A stretch of 64,000 bases of DNA, from positions 5,626,625 to 5,690,624 of the forward strand of contig MU057351.1 in assembly GCA_013239625.1 (NCBI GenBank), in the 5' to 3' direction. The stretch comes from Lama guanicoe (taxonomy: Eukaryota). This document shows positions 28,420 through 41,709 of the stretch, in pieces. Made by a program: the position numbers and the translations under genes. A model generated the notes under the pieces. The model made no database searches and was not told where the DNA came from. It was given only the letters and a program-made list of their open reading frames with translations. The stretch's first letter is position 1, and every line of letters begins with the position of its first letter.

Positions 28420-31400
28420 TAAAAGCAACATTGCAACAGTAGAGAAAGCAGAGTTATTTCAACTATTGGCGTTAGACTAATTGTATATCCATATTTTAAA
28501 AAATGAGCCTCAATCCCTATCTCATACTACACACAAAAATTAATTCAGGAGGGATAGTATATGTTATTGTAAAAGGAAAAACCATAAAAATTTTAGAGTA
28601 AATCATAAGAGAGTAGTTTAATAATTTAAGGAGTAGACAAAGGTTTCTTAGGATACAAAAAAACACCATAGAATTTATTTTAATGATAAAATATATACCA
28701 TAGAAATTTAAAGTTTCTACTCATCAAAAAACCTGTTAAGAAAATAGACATATCATAGCTTGATAAAATACTTGCAAAACATGAGACAAAGAGCTGATTT
28801 TCAAGATACATAAAAAATTTTCAAAAAAATTTAAAGAATAGGCAAGAAATTTAAATGGATAATTCACAGTTAACCAAAAAGCATATGTAAAAGTGCTTAA
28901 CTTCTAGCAATGTTATTATGATGATCCTTGTTATAGTTTCTTACATTTCTTGACACTGAGTTCATTGAGGTTCTTAGATCATTAGGTTTTTATCTCAGAT
29001 TGAGTTAAAGACTGACTAATTTTTCCATCCTGAAGAAAGTAGTAGAAATGCAGTTGTAATGTATTATTGGATTTTACAGTAATTTTTTGATTGCTCCTTC
29101 TTCAGAAGAAAGTGTTGAAAGAAAAGAGTGTTAGATCTTTAAAAGTTAGGATGGTTGCATGAAATGTTAAGTAATAGCACTACTTAGGTCAAGCACGAAA
29201 GGCTTTTCAATTACACGATCAGACATATGGAGTAAATTTAATAATACTTTTGCCTTTTTAAGTGTTGATTCTGCTTGGAAGTATTAAAGTTCTTGGCGGA
29301 AATAGTGAATTGCAGTTTTAGCATTTTAAGTGGAAGACTACTGACTAGTCTTGTCACTTTATTGGAGAATTTGGAAGTACCATGTTTGTAATTGTTCAGC
29401 TGGCTTGTAAAATGAGAAAAATATTTGTCTGTTATTTAAAAAACTGATAATGTCCCACAACTCATTGACACTCTTGATTTTCTCCCAGTCCTCCCTGCCA
29501 CCATCCTGCCCGCCCCCACCATTTCATTTTGAATAGTTTTTATTGCTGTTATATTGAAGTTCACTACTTTTTTTTTTTCGATATCTAATCTGGTGTTTAA
29601 CTCATCCAGTGTATTTTTTATGTCATGTATATATTTTCAATCTCCGGAGGTTCAATTTAGGTCTTTTTTTTTCCCTCCATGTCTCTAACGTACTCATACT
29701 CTCTTAAACATATAGAATATAGTTATAATAACTGATTCGGTGTCCTTGCCTACTCATGTTATCTTCATGTCACTTTGGAACTTGTGTCTACTGATTGATT
29801 TTCCTTCTCGTTGTGGTTTACATTCCTAAAAATCTTTTGACTGGATGCCAGGCACTGCATTTTGCGTTGTTGGGTAGTGGATATTTTTGTTTTTCTTTAT
29901 TTCTGAGCTTTGTTCTGGAATGCAGCTAAGTTGTTAGTAAACCTCAGAGACAATTTTCTTTCAAGGCTTGCTTTTAAGGTGAGAGCAGCCTTTCACTGAG
30001 TGTTAATTTTTACCCATTACTGAGGAAATACCCTCTTCTGAGTATACCATCAATGCTCCATGCTTTGCAAAGTTTTCTCATTCTGGCTAATGGGAACATG
30101 AGCTATTCCACCCCTCTTTGAGTCTTGAGGATTTTCTGCCTGTTCCTTTCTGATGGTTCTTTCCCCAGTTTTGGATCATTTCCTCAAATGCGTCCATTGA
30201 TCAGAACTCAGCTGAAGGTGTAAAGGAACTCTTTGCAGCTCTCCCTTCTGGGAACTCTTCTCTGATTTCTAGTTGCCTCACTGGATTCTCACAAGTCACA
30301 GAGACCCCTGGGCTGAGTTTAGGTTTTTCCCCTCCCCAGCTCTGTGGCTTGAATGCTTCAGTCAGTAATCTGGAGCAGAGTTCACCTCATAATTTTTCTT
30401 CTCTCAGGGATCACCTGTCCCATGCTGCCTGTTCAGTATCTGAAAACTGTTGTTTCACGTATCTTGTTCAGTTTTTCAGTTCTGTAAAATGGAAGAGTAC
30501 GCACGCTCCCTGTTAACCTCACCTTGGCTGGAAGTGGAAGGTGCCGGTTTCTGAGTTTTAATTTTTTACTGGAGACTTTTTGTTTCCCCCAAGATTCTGT
30601 TCAGAGACAGCCTTCCATTCATGTAGTATTTTAAAAGATGTGTCTCTCAACATCACTTGTCATTAGGGAAATGCTTGTTAAAACCACAATTAGATACCAT
30701 GATTTACCCACTGAAATGGCTGAAATTAAAAACTCTGGCACCACAAAATGGAGACAAGAATATGAAGCAACTGAAGCTTTCATGCTTTGTGATTCAGCTG
30801 CACTGGAAATGATACAACCCCTTTACTAAAAGTTGTATTTTTTTTTTATAAAACTAAAGACATAGCTACCAAAGACATAGTGTTTACCCAAGAGAAATAA
30901 AAACACATTCACAAAAAAGCTTGTTAAGAATATTCATAGCAGCTTTATTCAGCCCAGGGGTCCATCAGTAGTAGAATAGATGAACACATTGGTATATGTG
31001 TGCAATGGCATACTGCTCAGCTGAGTAATGAGTAGTAATACCTGCCTAGTGACTTCCTTACCAAGAGCACAGTATGGAAGGGGGCAAAAGAGCTAACTTT
31101 ACAGTGGACAGACCTGACAAACATCACCTTAGCCAACTGATCAAGGTTAACATCAATGACTAGTTAATAGTATGTACCCTTAATATAATGTGATGAGAAT
31201 GGCACACTACCTCTGTGATCTTCCTCCCTAAAATCCCTAACTCTAATCATAAGAAGATAACACAAATTCCAAATGAGGGCCATTCTACAAAATACCTGAC
31301 CAGTATGTCTCAGAACTTTCCAAGAATACCAAACACAAGAAAATTTTGAGGAACTGTTAGAGCCAAGAGGAGACTAAGGAGACATAATGACTAAATGAAA

Positions 31401-31650
31401 TGTGATATCCTAGATGGGGCCCTGGAAGAGAAAAAGGACATTAGGTAAAAGGTAAGAAAATCTGAATAAAGTATAGACTTTAGATAATAACAATGTACAG
31501 TACTGGTTCATTAATTGAGATAAAATACCATACTAATATCAGATGGTAACAATAGGAGCAACTGGCCTTGGGGAACGTAGAGCTCTCTGTAATATCTTTG
31601 CAATTTTTCTGTAAATCTAAAACTTCTAAAATCTAAGTTTATTTAAAAAC
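28420..31650 (+). mobile_element. old L1M ORF2 end and 3' UTR (L1MC/ME-like), split by an antisense L1 segment
   Basis: ccctatctcatactacacacaaaaattaattc (28515) and aacatcacttgtcattagggaaatgcttgttaaaaccacaattagatacc (30649) are consecutive L1 ORF2 motifs. 31080-31650 resembles an L1MC 3' end. Confidence 0.75.
28905..30560 (-). mobile_element. antisense old L1 ORF1/5' region
   Basis: T-rich antisense L1 ORF1 patterns such as tctaatctggtgtttaactcatccagtgtatttt and ttttgactggatgccaggcactg. 29010-29460 may be a further insert. Confidence 0.6.
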
Positions 31651-33124
31651 ATGTAAATATTAGATTCCAGGAATGCCAAGTAAGAACAGCTCATAGTTGG
31701 GTTTCTGAATGTAATGGACAATGTAATATGTTTTTCATGAAGCTACATGGATACAGTTTAAAAGACTTATTTTTTATAAGATTGTTTCTAGAGTTTGCGA
31801 CGTTAAAATATCTTTTGCTTTGAAATGATGCTAATACTAAATTTGGTCTGCTACTTACACTACTACAATGAAAAGTTTATTAGTGAAATAAATGAATGCA
31901 TAAATGAGCATTCAATGAAATAAAAAGTCTGAGAGCCATAGACTTTACCAGTTCAGTTCCTGAAAAGTCTCAGAGACATTTGCTCTTCCTCCTGGGTAGA
32001 GCCAAAATACTATTGTTTTATGGTGTTTCTCTTACATCTGCCTCAGCATATTTTTAAGAGTCTACATGGGTTTTTGATACTTTCTGGCACTCTTGAGCAA
32101 AGGAGATAAAAGCAGAAGAACCAAATAGAATAAAAGCAAAGAGTTCTCACAGTTTCATCTGACACCCAGTGGTGAAAGGTAATGCCAGTGTCTTCCAAAG
32201 TTCAGAATCCAAGAAAAGAGCTCTTATCAACGAAGTAGAAAATGAAGACTGAAGAGTATGGCACCTCAGGACAATGGACTCAGAAGGTGAGTGGTAGAAA
32301 TCTCTCCATAATGAAGCCCAAAAAAGGTTAACCCTGGGGTTTTATTGTGGGCTTTAGGGTGGAGTGAGCTGGGGTTTTTTTCCTTCCTAGATTACATGGG
32401 TCGAAAACTCCACTGACTAATCTTTTGAGGTTATCTGAAAATAATCTAAACCCCCATCAACTATTACAGCTGCTGTTAGCTTGTGTGGTAACAGTTAACA
32501 TTAAAAAAGCAGGACAAGGTTTCAAGTGTTCTCATTATTAGTCATACCTCTGTGAACTCGGTGTATGTTTTAGTGATGTGTATCCATTATTCAGATGTGC
32601 ATTTGTTTGCCCAGCAAACGTTTAGTAGTTACCATTTGCCACTGTGATGTGTGCTGTGCATATGAATGTGAGCAAGACAGCCTTTGCCTTAAAGTGGCTT
32701 CTAATCTATTTGAGAGACATGATTGCCATACAGTATGGTAAGTGCTTTGTTAAGGATTAATGTAAGTTTGATTTTTAGGCAAAACTTAGTGAAGGACAAA
32801 AGCTGCCTTGAAAGTTGGAGTTTGTGAGGCTGAATGGCTAAATGTTAAAATCAAAATGTTACGGGATATCAATATTCATAATGTAAAGAGCAATCAAGGC
32901 AGAGACTTCAAATCTAGCAGTTGGAATAATATTGAAAAGAAAAGATGTATTCTAGAATCATATATATGGGGATAACAATATGAAACATTATTTAAACCAC
33001 TGTTGTAGAGGTCTGGGAATCTGAATTATAAATTTACTTTGAGCAGGAATGCTTGTAAGATGAAGGAAGAAAATAGATGATCTGTCTCAGAATTCCTTTC
33101 CTAAAACTTTTTTTGTCTAATTTA

Positions 33125-33377
33125 TCAGTTTTGTTTATTTTATTTTTATTTTTAAATTGAGGTAACATTGATTTATATATTACATTGCATATTTATATAC
33201 CATATCTTTATTCATCCGTCAGTGGGCGCTTAGGCTGTTCTCATATCTTGACTGTTGTAAATAATGCTGTGATGAACATAGGGATGCACATATCTTTTCA
33301 GACCAGTGTTTCTGTGTTATTTGGATAAAAACCCAGAAGAGGAATAGCTAGGCCATGTGGTAGTTCTGTTCTCAAAT
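33125..33377 (-). mobile_element. 5'-truncated L1 3' end
   Basis: T-rich tail, then aaattgaggtaacattg...tgttgtaaataatgctgtgatgaacatagggatgcacatatc...ggataaaaacccagaagaggaatagctagg...ggtagttct. Confidence 0.85.
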
Positions 33378-33379
33378 TA

Positions 33380-33952
33380 TTTCGTGACAACCCTGCATGG
33401 AAGGCATCGTTACCCTGCTAATACAGCAGAGGAAACAGGGCCACGTGAGGTGGAAGGGCTGGGACTGGAATCAGTCTTTCCTTCCCTAGATCCTTTCACC
33501 TGCATATTCTTACCTACAAGGTAGCCCTAATTATCATCAGTCTGGTGGTTACGGACAGAAACTGGACAAAGGAACCATTTCTAACAGAGGAACTTTTAAA
33601 AGTAGCTTCCAGGGACCCTTGAAGTTAGGCCAGTTTTTAGGAAGCTGCCTCCAGGGACCACATAGTAAGAGGAAAACTATTAAAATAATAATTCTGTAAG
33701 CCTCCTGAGAGATATGGCAGCTTCCCTAGGCCTGATTTTTCTCTGATAACTGGGAAAGTGGTAAACAGATTTGACATGTGGAGAGAGCTGATTGGATGGA
33801 TGAAGACCTTACATCTAGTTGGGTGAGTCTGGAGGGCTATCTAGGAAAGGAAAGACACTGATTCCACTCCCAGCCCTTCCACTTCATGTGGCCCCATTTC
33901 CTCTGCTTTATTAGGATGATAATGATGGCTTCCATGCAGGGTTGTCACAAAA
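33380..33952. repeat. inverted repeat with ~112-bp MIR-derived arms (33380-33491 and 33839-33952) and a ~347-bp spacer
   Basis: Manual alignment of arm 1 with the reverse complement of arm 2 gives about 13 substitutions plus one 2-bp indel. Confidence 0.95.
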
Positions 33953-34049
33953 CTAAAATTGAAATGATCGATGACTGATGCACAGAAGATCAGGGCTTCA
34001 TAATCTGAGGTACATGAACGGCCTTGAGAAGGCAGGATGCTCAGCAAAC

Positions 34050-34165
34050 TCCTTAAAACTTCGTGCAAATATTTCTGTGTAAATATTTTGAGGAGAAAGT
34101 AGTTCATAACTTTCATCAAATTCTCAAAGAGATCTGTGACTAAAAGTAGATTAAGAATCATTGAG
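34050..34165. mobile_element. hAT-Charlie-type MITE fragment
   Basis: actttcatcaaattctcaaagagatctgtgactaaaagtagattaagaatcattg; a related copy lies in opposite orientation at ~47415-47590. Confidence 0.6.
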
Positions 34166-35179
34166 ATAGGAGCTCATTTCTGTTTGAGAATGAGTTGCAA
34201 AGGGGAAAGTGTGAAATTCTCTAGACCAGCCATCAAAAAGTAAAAGAGCTTGGGCAGAGGAGAGTGAGGTTATAGAGGAGAAATAATCAAGTTGACACTG
34301 AGTAAAGTAATTCCACATTTCTACTGAGTACTCAGCGCTATTCGTACTTTATAAATACATTTCTCTGATGAAAAGAGTATAAAATGTTTTGCTCTTTTTC
34401 ATGCTATGAGAATAGGTCTGATATCTTTTCAGTGTAAGTAGTTAAAAATAAAACATTGGAGTGAGACTTTAAAAACTAAAACGTAGTCCTGGCCCTACAT
34501 CTTAAAAATTACGTGAATTTGAGCAAGTCATTTGCCTCAGTTTTCATGAGTATAAAATAGTAGAGGTCAACTACTTCCTAACTATCATGCTTAAAAATTA
34601 ACTAGCAAGTGAAAATATATTGAATTCCTTTGAGAGAAGGAGCTATTTAAAAATCTAGATGTTATAGCATAGTTTCCTTTTGAAATTTAATGTAGTCTTT
34701 GTACCTTTTAGCAATAATGATACCTCCAATTCATTTTAATCATTTATTGAAGAGCTTAAATTATTGGTATCTGTAGTTTAAAGCTCTGTGGCGTTGGTGG
34801 TGGGCATCATAAATAATCAGTTTCTTTGCATGTCTGGTGGTTTTTACAGGGTTGTATCATACCAGTGGTATCCTATTGTCAGATCCAAAATCTCGATGCC
34901 CCACAGCACACACACTCATTCACCCAGCACCCAGCAAATCCGAAGCATCGTTGCATCCTTAGCACAAAGATCACCTTCTTAGAGGGGACCTTCTTTCAAT
35001 CTCTACAGTTCGACGGCTTCCTCTCTTGCTCTTAAAATGACTGGTTCAACTCTTGTTTTCCCTGCCAGGCTATAAGCACTAAGTGGCAGGAACTGAGGGT
35101 TTTTTTCCTACTCCTATATCCCTAGGACTTAGCAAACAGCCTGATTTATAACAAACCCTTAAAAAAAGATTATTATCAC

Positions 35180-36330
35180 TGTTATTTTGAAGCTATCTCA
35201 AATTTACATCTAAGTTTCAAGTACAGTATACAAAGGACATTTTTAAAAATTTGCTGAACATAGTACATTGCACGCAGAATGCCCCTTCACACAGTAACAC
35301 TTCAGTGTTTTTCCTTGCCAAAGACATTCTCCTAAATAATAACAATAAAACCGTCAAAATCAGAAATTTGCCATTGATACATGACTTCCACCTAAACTTC
35401 AGCCCGCGGTGAGTTTTCGCCAGTTGTCCCAGTAATGTCCAGTATGTGATCCACTGCAGAGTCATTCCCTGAGTTTAGTTATCATGCCCTTTAATCTGAA
35501 GTAGCTCATTAATCTTTTCTTAGCTTTCATGGTCTTAACCATTTTGAAGACTATACACCAGTTATTTTATGGAGGGACCCTCAATTTGGAATTGTCTGTT
35601 TCCTTATGAGTAAATTCAGGTTATTCACCTTTGGCAGGATTATTAGAGAAGTGGAGTCTTGCTTTCCTCACCGTATCCATCAGCTGACACAATTACTGAT
35701 ATCATGTTCCCTGCCATCCTTGATTAAGGCAGTATCTGCCACCGTAAAGATGTTTTTATCATTTTGTAATTAACAAGAATTTTGTGGCGAGGGACCTTGA
35801 AGCAATATAAATATCCTGGTCCTCACCAAACTTGTAATTCACTCTTTAAATTATATGGACCCATATTTGTTAAATGAGTCATTACCTTTTACCATCATTA
35901 CTTATTTTGATACTCATATTGTCCCAGATGTTGCCAGCGGAGGTTCCTTCAAGCTGGCATCTACTATCTTTTGACAGGTCCCTGAGCTCTTCCTTACTTT
36001 CTGGCACAGCAGGATATTCCAGACTCATCTTATACTTTCCCTATCCTGGGATCTATCATTTCTCTAAGAAATCCTGGTTTCTTTTCTTGGAAAATGACAT
36101 TTAGAAACCATGAGTTGAGCATTTAGTTCTGTTTCTTGTTTTTAGATTGTCGCTGTTCCCAAGCCCTCTCACTGGCCAGCGGATAGAGCTGTGGAAAATA
36201 CGAGGACGAGTGCGCACACACAAATGAAAACATACATACACACATATACTATTATATTTATTTTCAAATCCACCAATTTATACTGATAACCATGGCAGTT
36301 CCCCCACTTCCCGGCCTGGATGCCTACCTT
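35180..36330 (-). mobile_element. L1MC-type 3' end
   Basis: gacattctcctaaataataac...caaaatcagaaatttgccattgatac and ggttctttttcttggaaaatgacatttagaaacca, antisense L1MC4-like motifs. Confidence 0.75.
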
Positions 36331-36974
36331 GCTCAGCCCATCTGGTGCCTCTGTGCAGTAAGAGGGTGGGATCAAAGATGACTTTTTAAATGTCTGATTA
36401 AAAACTAACTTAAGATGTTACTGACTTTTGTCTCAAGTCTCTCCCATCTCTTGATGCATTTTGTCTCCCTCCAGACTAATCTGCGTTTCTCTGGCTTTGT
36501 GATGGGGAGAGTTTCTGCTGCGTCGGAAGAGGAATAGAGTCCCAGCTTGATTTCTTTTATCGTTAAGTTTTTGCATTTGTTTAGCTCAGTATTTTTGGCA
36601 GTAAATGGCTTTATTGGAGGACTGTCCCACACACGGCAAGATGTTTGGTAGCCCTGACTCCACACTCTCTATTGCCACCAAAGACTCTCTGCTAAAAAAA
36701 ACTTGGGGTAACTAAAAAGCAAAAACAAAGAACTCTTCACACTTCGAGCTGCCTTCTAGGAAGGTAACCTTCCCCTGTTTGAGAACCCCTGGAGCTCTCT
36801 ACAACTTGGATAATAGCTGTTTCCTACCATGTTCTGAGGTTCACACTAATTCACATAGAAACTCACTTACATGGAACAGTTTTACTACCTCTGTCCATTC
36901 TGTATCAAGTATTAGCCTTGTGAAATCAACGTTCTTTGTGATCAAGAAAAATTATGTGTTTTGGGGTTGGTAAA

Positions 36975-36987
36975 TGCCCTCTGCTGA
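36975..36987 (-). promoter_or_regulatory. CTCF-like core
   Basis: Minus strand TCAGCAGAGGGCA, one mismatch from CCAGCAGAGGGCA. Confidence 0.45.
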
Positions 36988-37502
36988 TCCTTTTCTGGGT
37001 TCAGAAGCCCAAATCCAAATGCTGCTTTGAAAAGAGGCTTCTTCCTGTTATTGAAATGTCCCTCAAATTAGTTGAAGTATGTTAAGCCATAAATACAAAG
37101 TTGTCTGAAGCAACTGGGTTATCCACGTTTAAATCGAGGGACCAATGCCACGTGCGAGATGTGTGTTCTTGGCTTGTTAGCTGTGTATTTTCATAGCAAT
37201 GATAGATTGCTTGGGTTTAGGCAAGTCAGCTTCTTGTTATTGGCCAGATCTACACTCAGCAGGCTTGTAAATAGACAATAGTTGAGGGCCCTCTTTCCTG
37301 AGTGGCCCAAGCTTGTCGTACCCACTGAGGTACTGAAGGCTGTACTCCTTCCCTGATTAGACAAGGAAGGGCCATATTTCTTCAGGATCCACAGGTTTTG
37401 AAACAAGGTCCATCGCCCTTCCACAGCACTGGTGTGTACCGCAGCCTGCGTGTGGTGAGGAGAAGCCTGAGCCTGCAGCCAGAGATCTGCTGCTTTCCCG
37501 CT

Positions 37503-37848
37503 GTGGCTTAGTTTGTTTGGGCTGCTATAGCAGAGTACCATGGGCTGGGTGGAGGCTTATATATAAAATCAGGAGAACAGAAATTTATTTCTCATAGTTC
37601 TGGAGGCTGGTGGTCTGAGATCAGAGTGCCCTCCTGTTGGCAATGCCAACGGAATGTCTTTGAGCTGTGGCTTAGGGCATGCTGGGGGTTGCCAGGGGAG
37701 GTGGGGGTGAGAGATCCCTGAGGCCTTTTTGTTAAGTGCACTAATCCTGTTCACGAGGATACCACTTTCAGGACCTAATTACCTCCAATACTATCACATT
37801 GGGGGTTAGGATTTCAACATGAATTTGGGCAAGGACACAGTTCATTGC
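37503..37848 (-). mobile_element. MLT1A-like MaLR solo LTR
   Basis: ttagtttgtttgggctgctatagcagagtacca...aaatttatttctcatagttctggaggctgg...taattacctcc...atcacattgggggttaggatttcaacatgaattt. Confidence 0.85.
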
Positions 37849-38079
37849 ACACTGGGACTCAAAAGAATAAAAGCTTGCTTATGTTTTGCCCTTATAAATT
37901 TGAGTTCTTATTTAGAGGAGAAAAATACCTGCTCTTCATTTTACAAACTGTACAAATATAGGAAGACAAAATAAATTTGAATGCATGCTATGTTTGGAAA
38001 AAAAAAGATCACATTAGACTTGAGAGTAAGCTCTGCACACTTGGTATGATTTAAAATATCAATGGGGTATATGTGCTCT

Positions 38080-38200
38080 GTTTTAGGCAGAGATAATTAC
38101 TGCTTTCCAGACCTGTAAGTGCTCTCCATTGCTCCAGCTCTCTTGCAGTTAGGCAGGGCCATGTGACTAGTTCTGCCAACTAGGGTGCAGTAGAGCAGTG
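38080..38200. mobile_element. old MLT1 LTR fragment
   Basis: ctcttgcagttaggcagggccatgtgactagttctgccaa. Confidence 0.6.
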
Positions 38201-38950
38201 AGGGAAGTGATGTGTGTCACCGCAGCCTTAAATTTGTAAGGATACGTTCATTATTTTGTATGCTATCAAGTGGACTAAATTTGAGATGTGCTAAAAAGGG
38301 ACATAGAATATTTCTAAGATAATGTCCAGCTGTCCCAGGAAAGGGAAGACATTACACTGGCTTGGTGTGACACCTTCACTTAAGAGCTAAGGCATAGTTT
38401 TATTTGGTTTGGTTGTGGTGGACAACTTTGAACCAGGGCTGATAGTAATCCATTAGCTAGAAGGATCTAGTCTGAATGGGATCAATTCAGTCATTTAAAG
38501 ACAAAAGCAAACTAGAAAATTGCGTCACCATGACAGTTTTAGTGCTTTTCAAGTTAGTGGTTTAAGCCATAGGAAATTAATTTTAACTCAAAAAGAAATT
38601 CACACACTATAAAGTACATAACCCATTTCCTTTGCCATTTCTCCTCTTACTTTCCCTGATACCTTGAAGCATATTATTTCGGGGGAATTCCCAAAGACTT
38701 GCCTCAAAATCCTTCTTTATACCTGCGATTGGCCTCTTTCTGTTCATTTAGAACCCTGGACAGATGTAACACACACAAAGAGACACACACTTACATACGC
38801 AGACCCATTAGAGGATCTTACCTAAAATCAAATATTTCTTCATTTGAGAACATTTTAGAATTTTGATTACTTGGTGCTATTAAAAAAATGGAGATTTTGT
38901 ACCTTGTGTCCTTATGACCATCTTTTTTTTTTTGCACTTGGTGAACAACA

Positions 38951-39154
38951 NNNNNNNNNNNNNNNNNNNNNNNNNNNNNNNNNNNNNNNNNNNNNNNNNN
39001 NNNNNNNNNNNNNNNNNNNNNNNNNNNNNNNNNNNNNNNNNNNNNNNNNNNNNNNNNNNNNNNNNNNNNNNNNNNNNNNNNNNNNNNNNNNNNNNNNNNN
39101 NNNNNNNNNNNNNNNNNNNNNNNNNNNNNNNNNNNNNNNNNNNNNNNNNNNNNN
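38951..39154. other. assembly gap (204 N)
   Basis: Run of N. Confidence 1.
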
Positions 39155-41709
39155 CAGTGGAACGATTCGGCAGAGCTTTTAGTACTATGCACAGCCTGCA
39201 AATGCTCTCATAATCTTCCCAGGTGTCGCTCCTATACAAGTTGGGGCTCAGAATGGTCCTGCCCAGAGATGCTCCATTGCTAACAGCAGCAGAGCTTCTG
39301 TTCTGGAGACCTGCGTGCCACAAAAGAAGCACTCACACGTGGGTGTAATTTTGGCAATGCTGCAAACTCCATTGCAGGCTTCTGTTGTCATTTGGCTTTG
39401 CCAGAATTCTAAACTATTGGTCTAAAAAACTACTGGACTACTGGTGTCTTGAATGGGTTTAGACATACGCAGAGTGGAAAGTAAGTGGGATAAGACTGGG
39501 CAAAGTGGTGTAGACACTGCGAGATGAGAAGATGACCTTTTAGTCCCTTTGAGACACACAGAGACTAATGTTTAAAAAGCTGGTGCTTTTGAGAGAGTTG
39601 GAAACTCTGTAAAAGCAGGTTTTAATGATTTTTTTTGCTGCTTTGCCATCAGCTTCCACTATTTTGCTGGACTTTGATTTGCGTGTTTTAGAGCAACAGT
39701 AAGTCCTGCTTATGTAAAATATGAAAGATAAGGCATAATCTTTGAAATTTAAAATAAACAGGTGGTTTAGATATTGACTTGTAATGTGGGATTCCACTAA
39801 AGCACATATATAATCATATATATAATTCTGCCTTTTAAAATGGATTTACACAGCTGAGATGTCCTGTGTAGTACATGACTTCTCTATGTGATGGCTATAA
39901 ATGGCACAGCATTTCATTTCTTTAGAACTAGGGTTGTAAAGCTCAGCTAGTTCATTAGGAGAAGCTAATCTTCAATCAGAAAAAGCTAAATGCATGAAAG
40001 TCAGTTCAAAGGCATAACCAATTCAGCAGTGGGATTGGGAGAGGGTGGCCTTTAGCATGGCCTAGAACGTGAGTATTTGGCAATATTAAGAGTATCTGAA
40101 AATTCTTGGTCCATGTGGTTACCTCATACAGGTGCTTCTTGCCAGAGCTGAGGTTCCATATTTGCAAGACTCTTAACTCGTCAGTATGCTTTTTTACCAC
40201 CATGTTGTTGATCATTCTATTTAAGAGCATGATGTCTCCCTTTTAGAAGAGAACTTCATATTTAGAATATAGCTGATAAATATTATTTAAAAGCAACAAG
40301 TAATTCTAATTTTTATGTGTAAGAAATGGAGAATTTGCATTGAGATTTATTAATATAATTAATTTGGGTGCCCAGCCTCTCCAAATTTAAAGGCACTAAG
40401 CATTTCTCCCTGTCTGGCTGTCTTGGTGGAGTTTCCTGTGAATACCTCAGTGAATGACTCTTTTGTCATGTAAAATATGAAGCAAGACTGTTTTCTGACC
40501 AGATCCGAGCCTTCTATCCACACTATGCTAAGGCAGAGTCCAGGTCATCCTATACCTTTAAGGACAAGAGTGGGAAGATTATGTGTCATTTTAAGATCAG
40601 AGCTTTCTAGGAAAATAAATTTATTTTCCCCCCTTACTGCTTTCCTTTTTCTCTCCTTAAATGAGCTTATACATGTAAAGAACGTAGAGTGCTTGACTAT
40701 TATTACCATGTTATTACTTGTTTTTTGTATTTCCTCTCCTTTCTTTGTTTACTTTCTTTCTCCAGATAGTCATTTGTATCCCTGTCTTTTTTGAGATGTT
40801 GCTTTCGCTTATCAGGGAAATTCGAATTGACATTGACTCCCAACTCTGCTCCAAAGGGGACCCCAGATAAGAAACTGTTGTTAAGTGTGTGCACCCACCC
40901 ACCATGAATGTCACGATCTGTCCCGCACAGTGTTCTGTTGGGGGATTTCAGCCAGATTCATTTAGTTCTGCCTGATCCACTTTGTGTTTTATTTGATTAA
41001 AGTGCAAGTACCTGAATATTTGTAAACAAAGCATTAAAATAACCAGGCATTCTGTTTTCGTTAAGAAAATTTGAGAGCTACAAATTGAAACTGCCAGAAC
41101 TTGGTAAAATAATTAGGAATGAGAGAGATTTGTCCTTCTTTCCTAAGCAGACCAACAACCAGAAGTAGGGGATATTTGCATATTGAATTAGTAGTATATT
41201 TTCATTTCAACTCCAGAGCCAAGCAGATACAGTATGAAGCTCTTTAACTTTGCCTCAAGAATGTGGTTTTATAATACCAAGATGATTATGTCTACATGTC
41301 TATTCAGTAACTTTGATCCAAGAAAGATCTCATCTGCCTTCAGTACTTCTTTATGAAACTATGACTTTTGAATTCTATAAATCAGGCTTTTGTTTTTTAA
41401 GTTAAATGTATTGAATGAGTATAAGCATTTTATAGGCTAGATATTATTTTGACTTAAACCCTTTACTCCATGTAAAGCTCTTTCCTTCTCATGTCCACCT
41501 TTCAAAATCCTGTCCCTCATTTTTTGCTTGATATTGCAATCATCCTGACTTAAAACTATCTTTCGCTCCTTTGAATGCCTCCTGTTGTACTTGCTCAGGT
41601 GACCCCTGTGACATTTATCACACACTGCAGACTCTTATTCTTAATATACCTTAATACACCTAATTTCCCAAAACTGATTGTCAGTCTTAAAACCTCGTCT
41701 GGACACATA

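Noticed and set aside
30638-30829. 63-aa ORF with L1 ORF2-like residues (IREM..KTT.RYH)
   Set aside because: Decayed L1 fragment, not a host gene.
38818-39332. ORFs of 99-150 aa spanning the third gap (and similar ORFs at 1071, 13733 and 52574-53166)
   Set aside because: Their length comes from translated Ns, and the flanking peptides show no recognisable protein.
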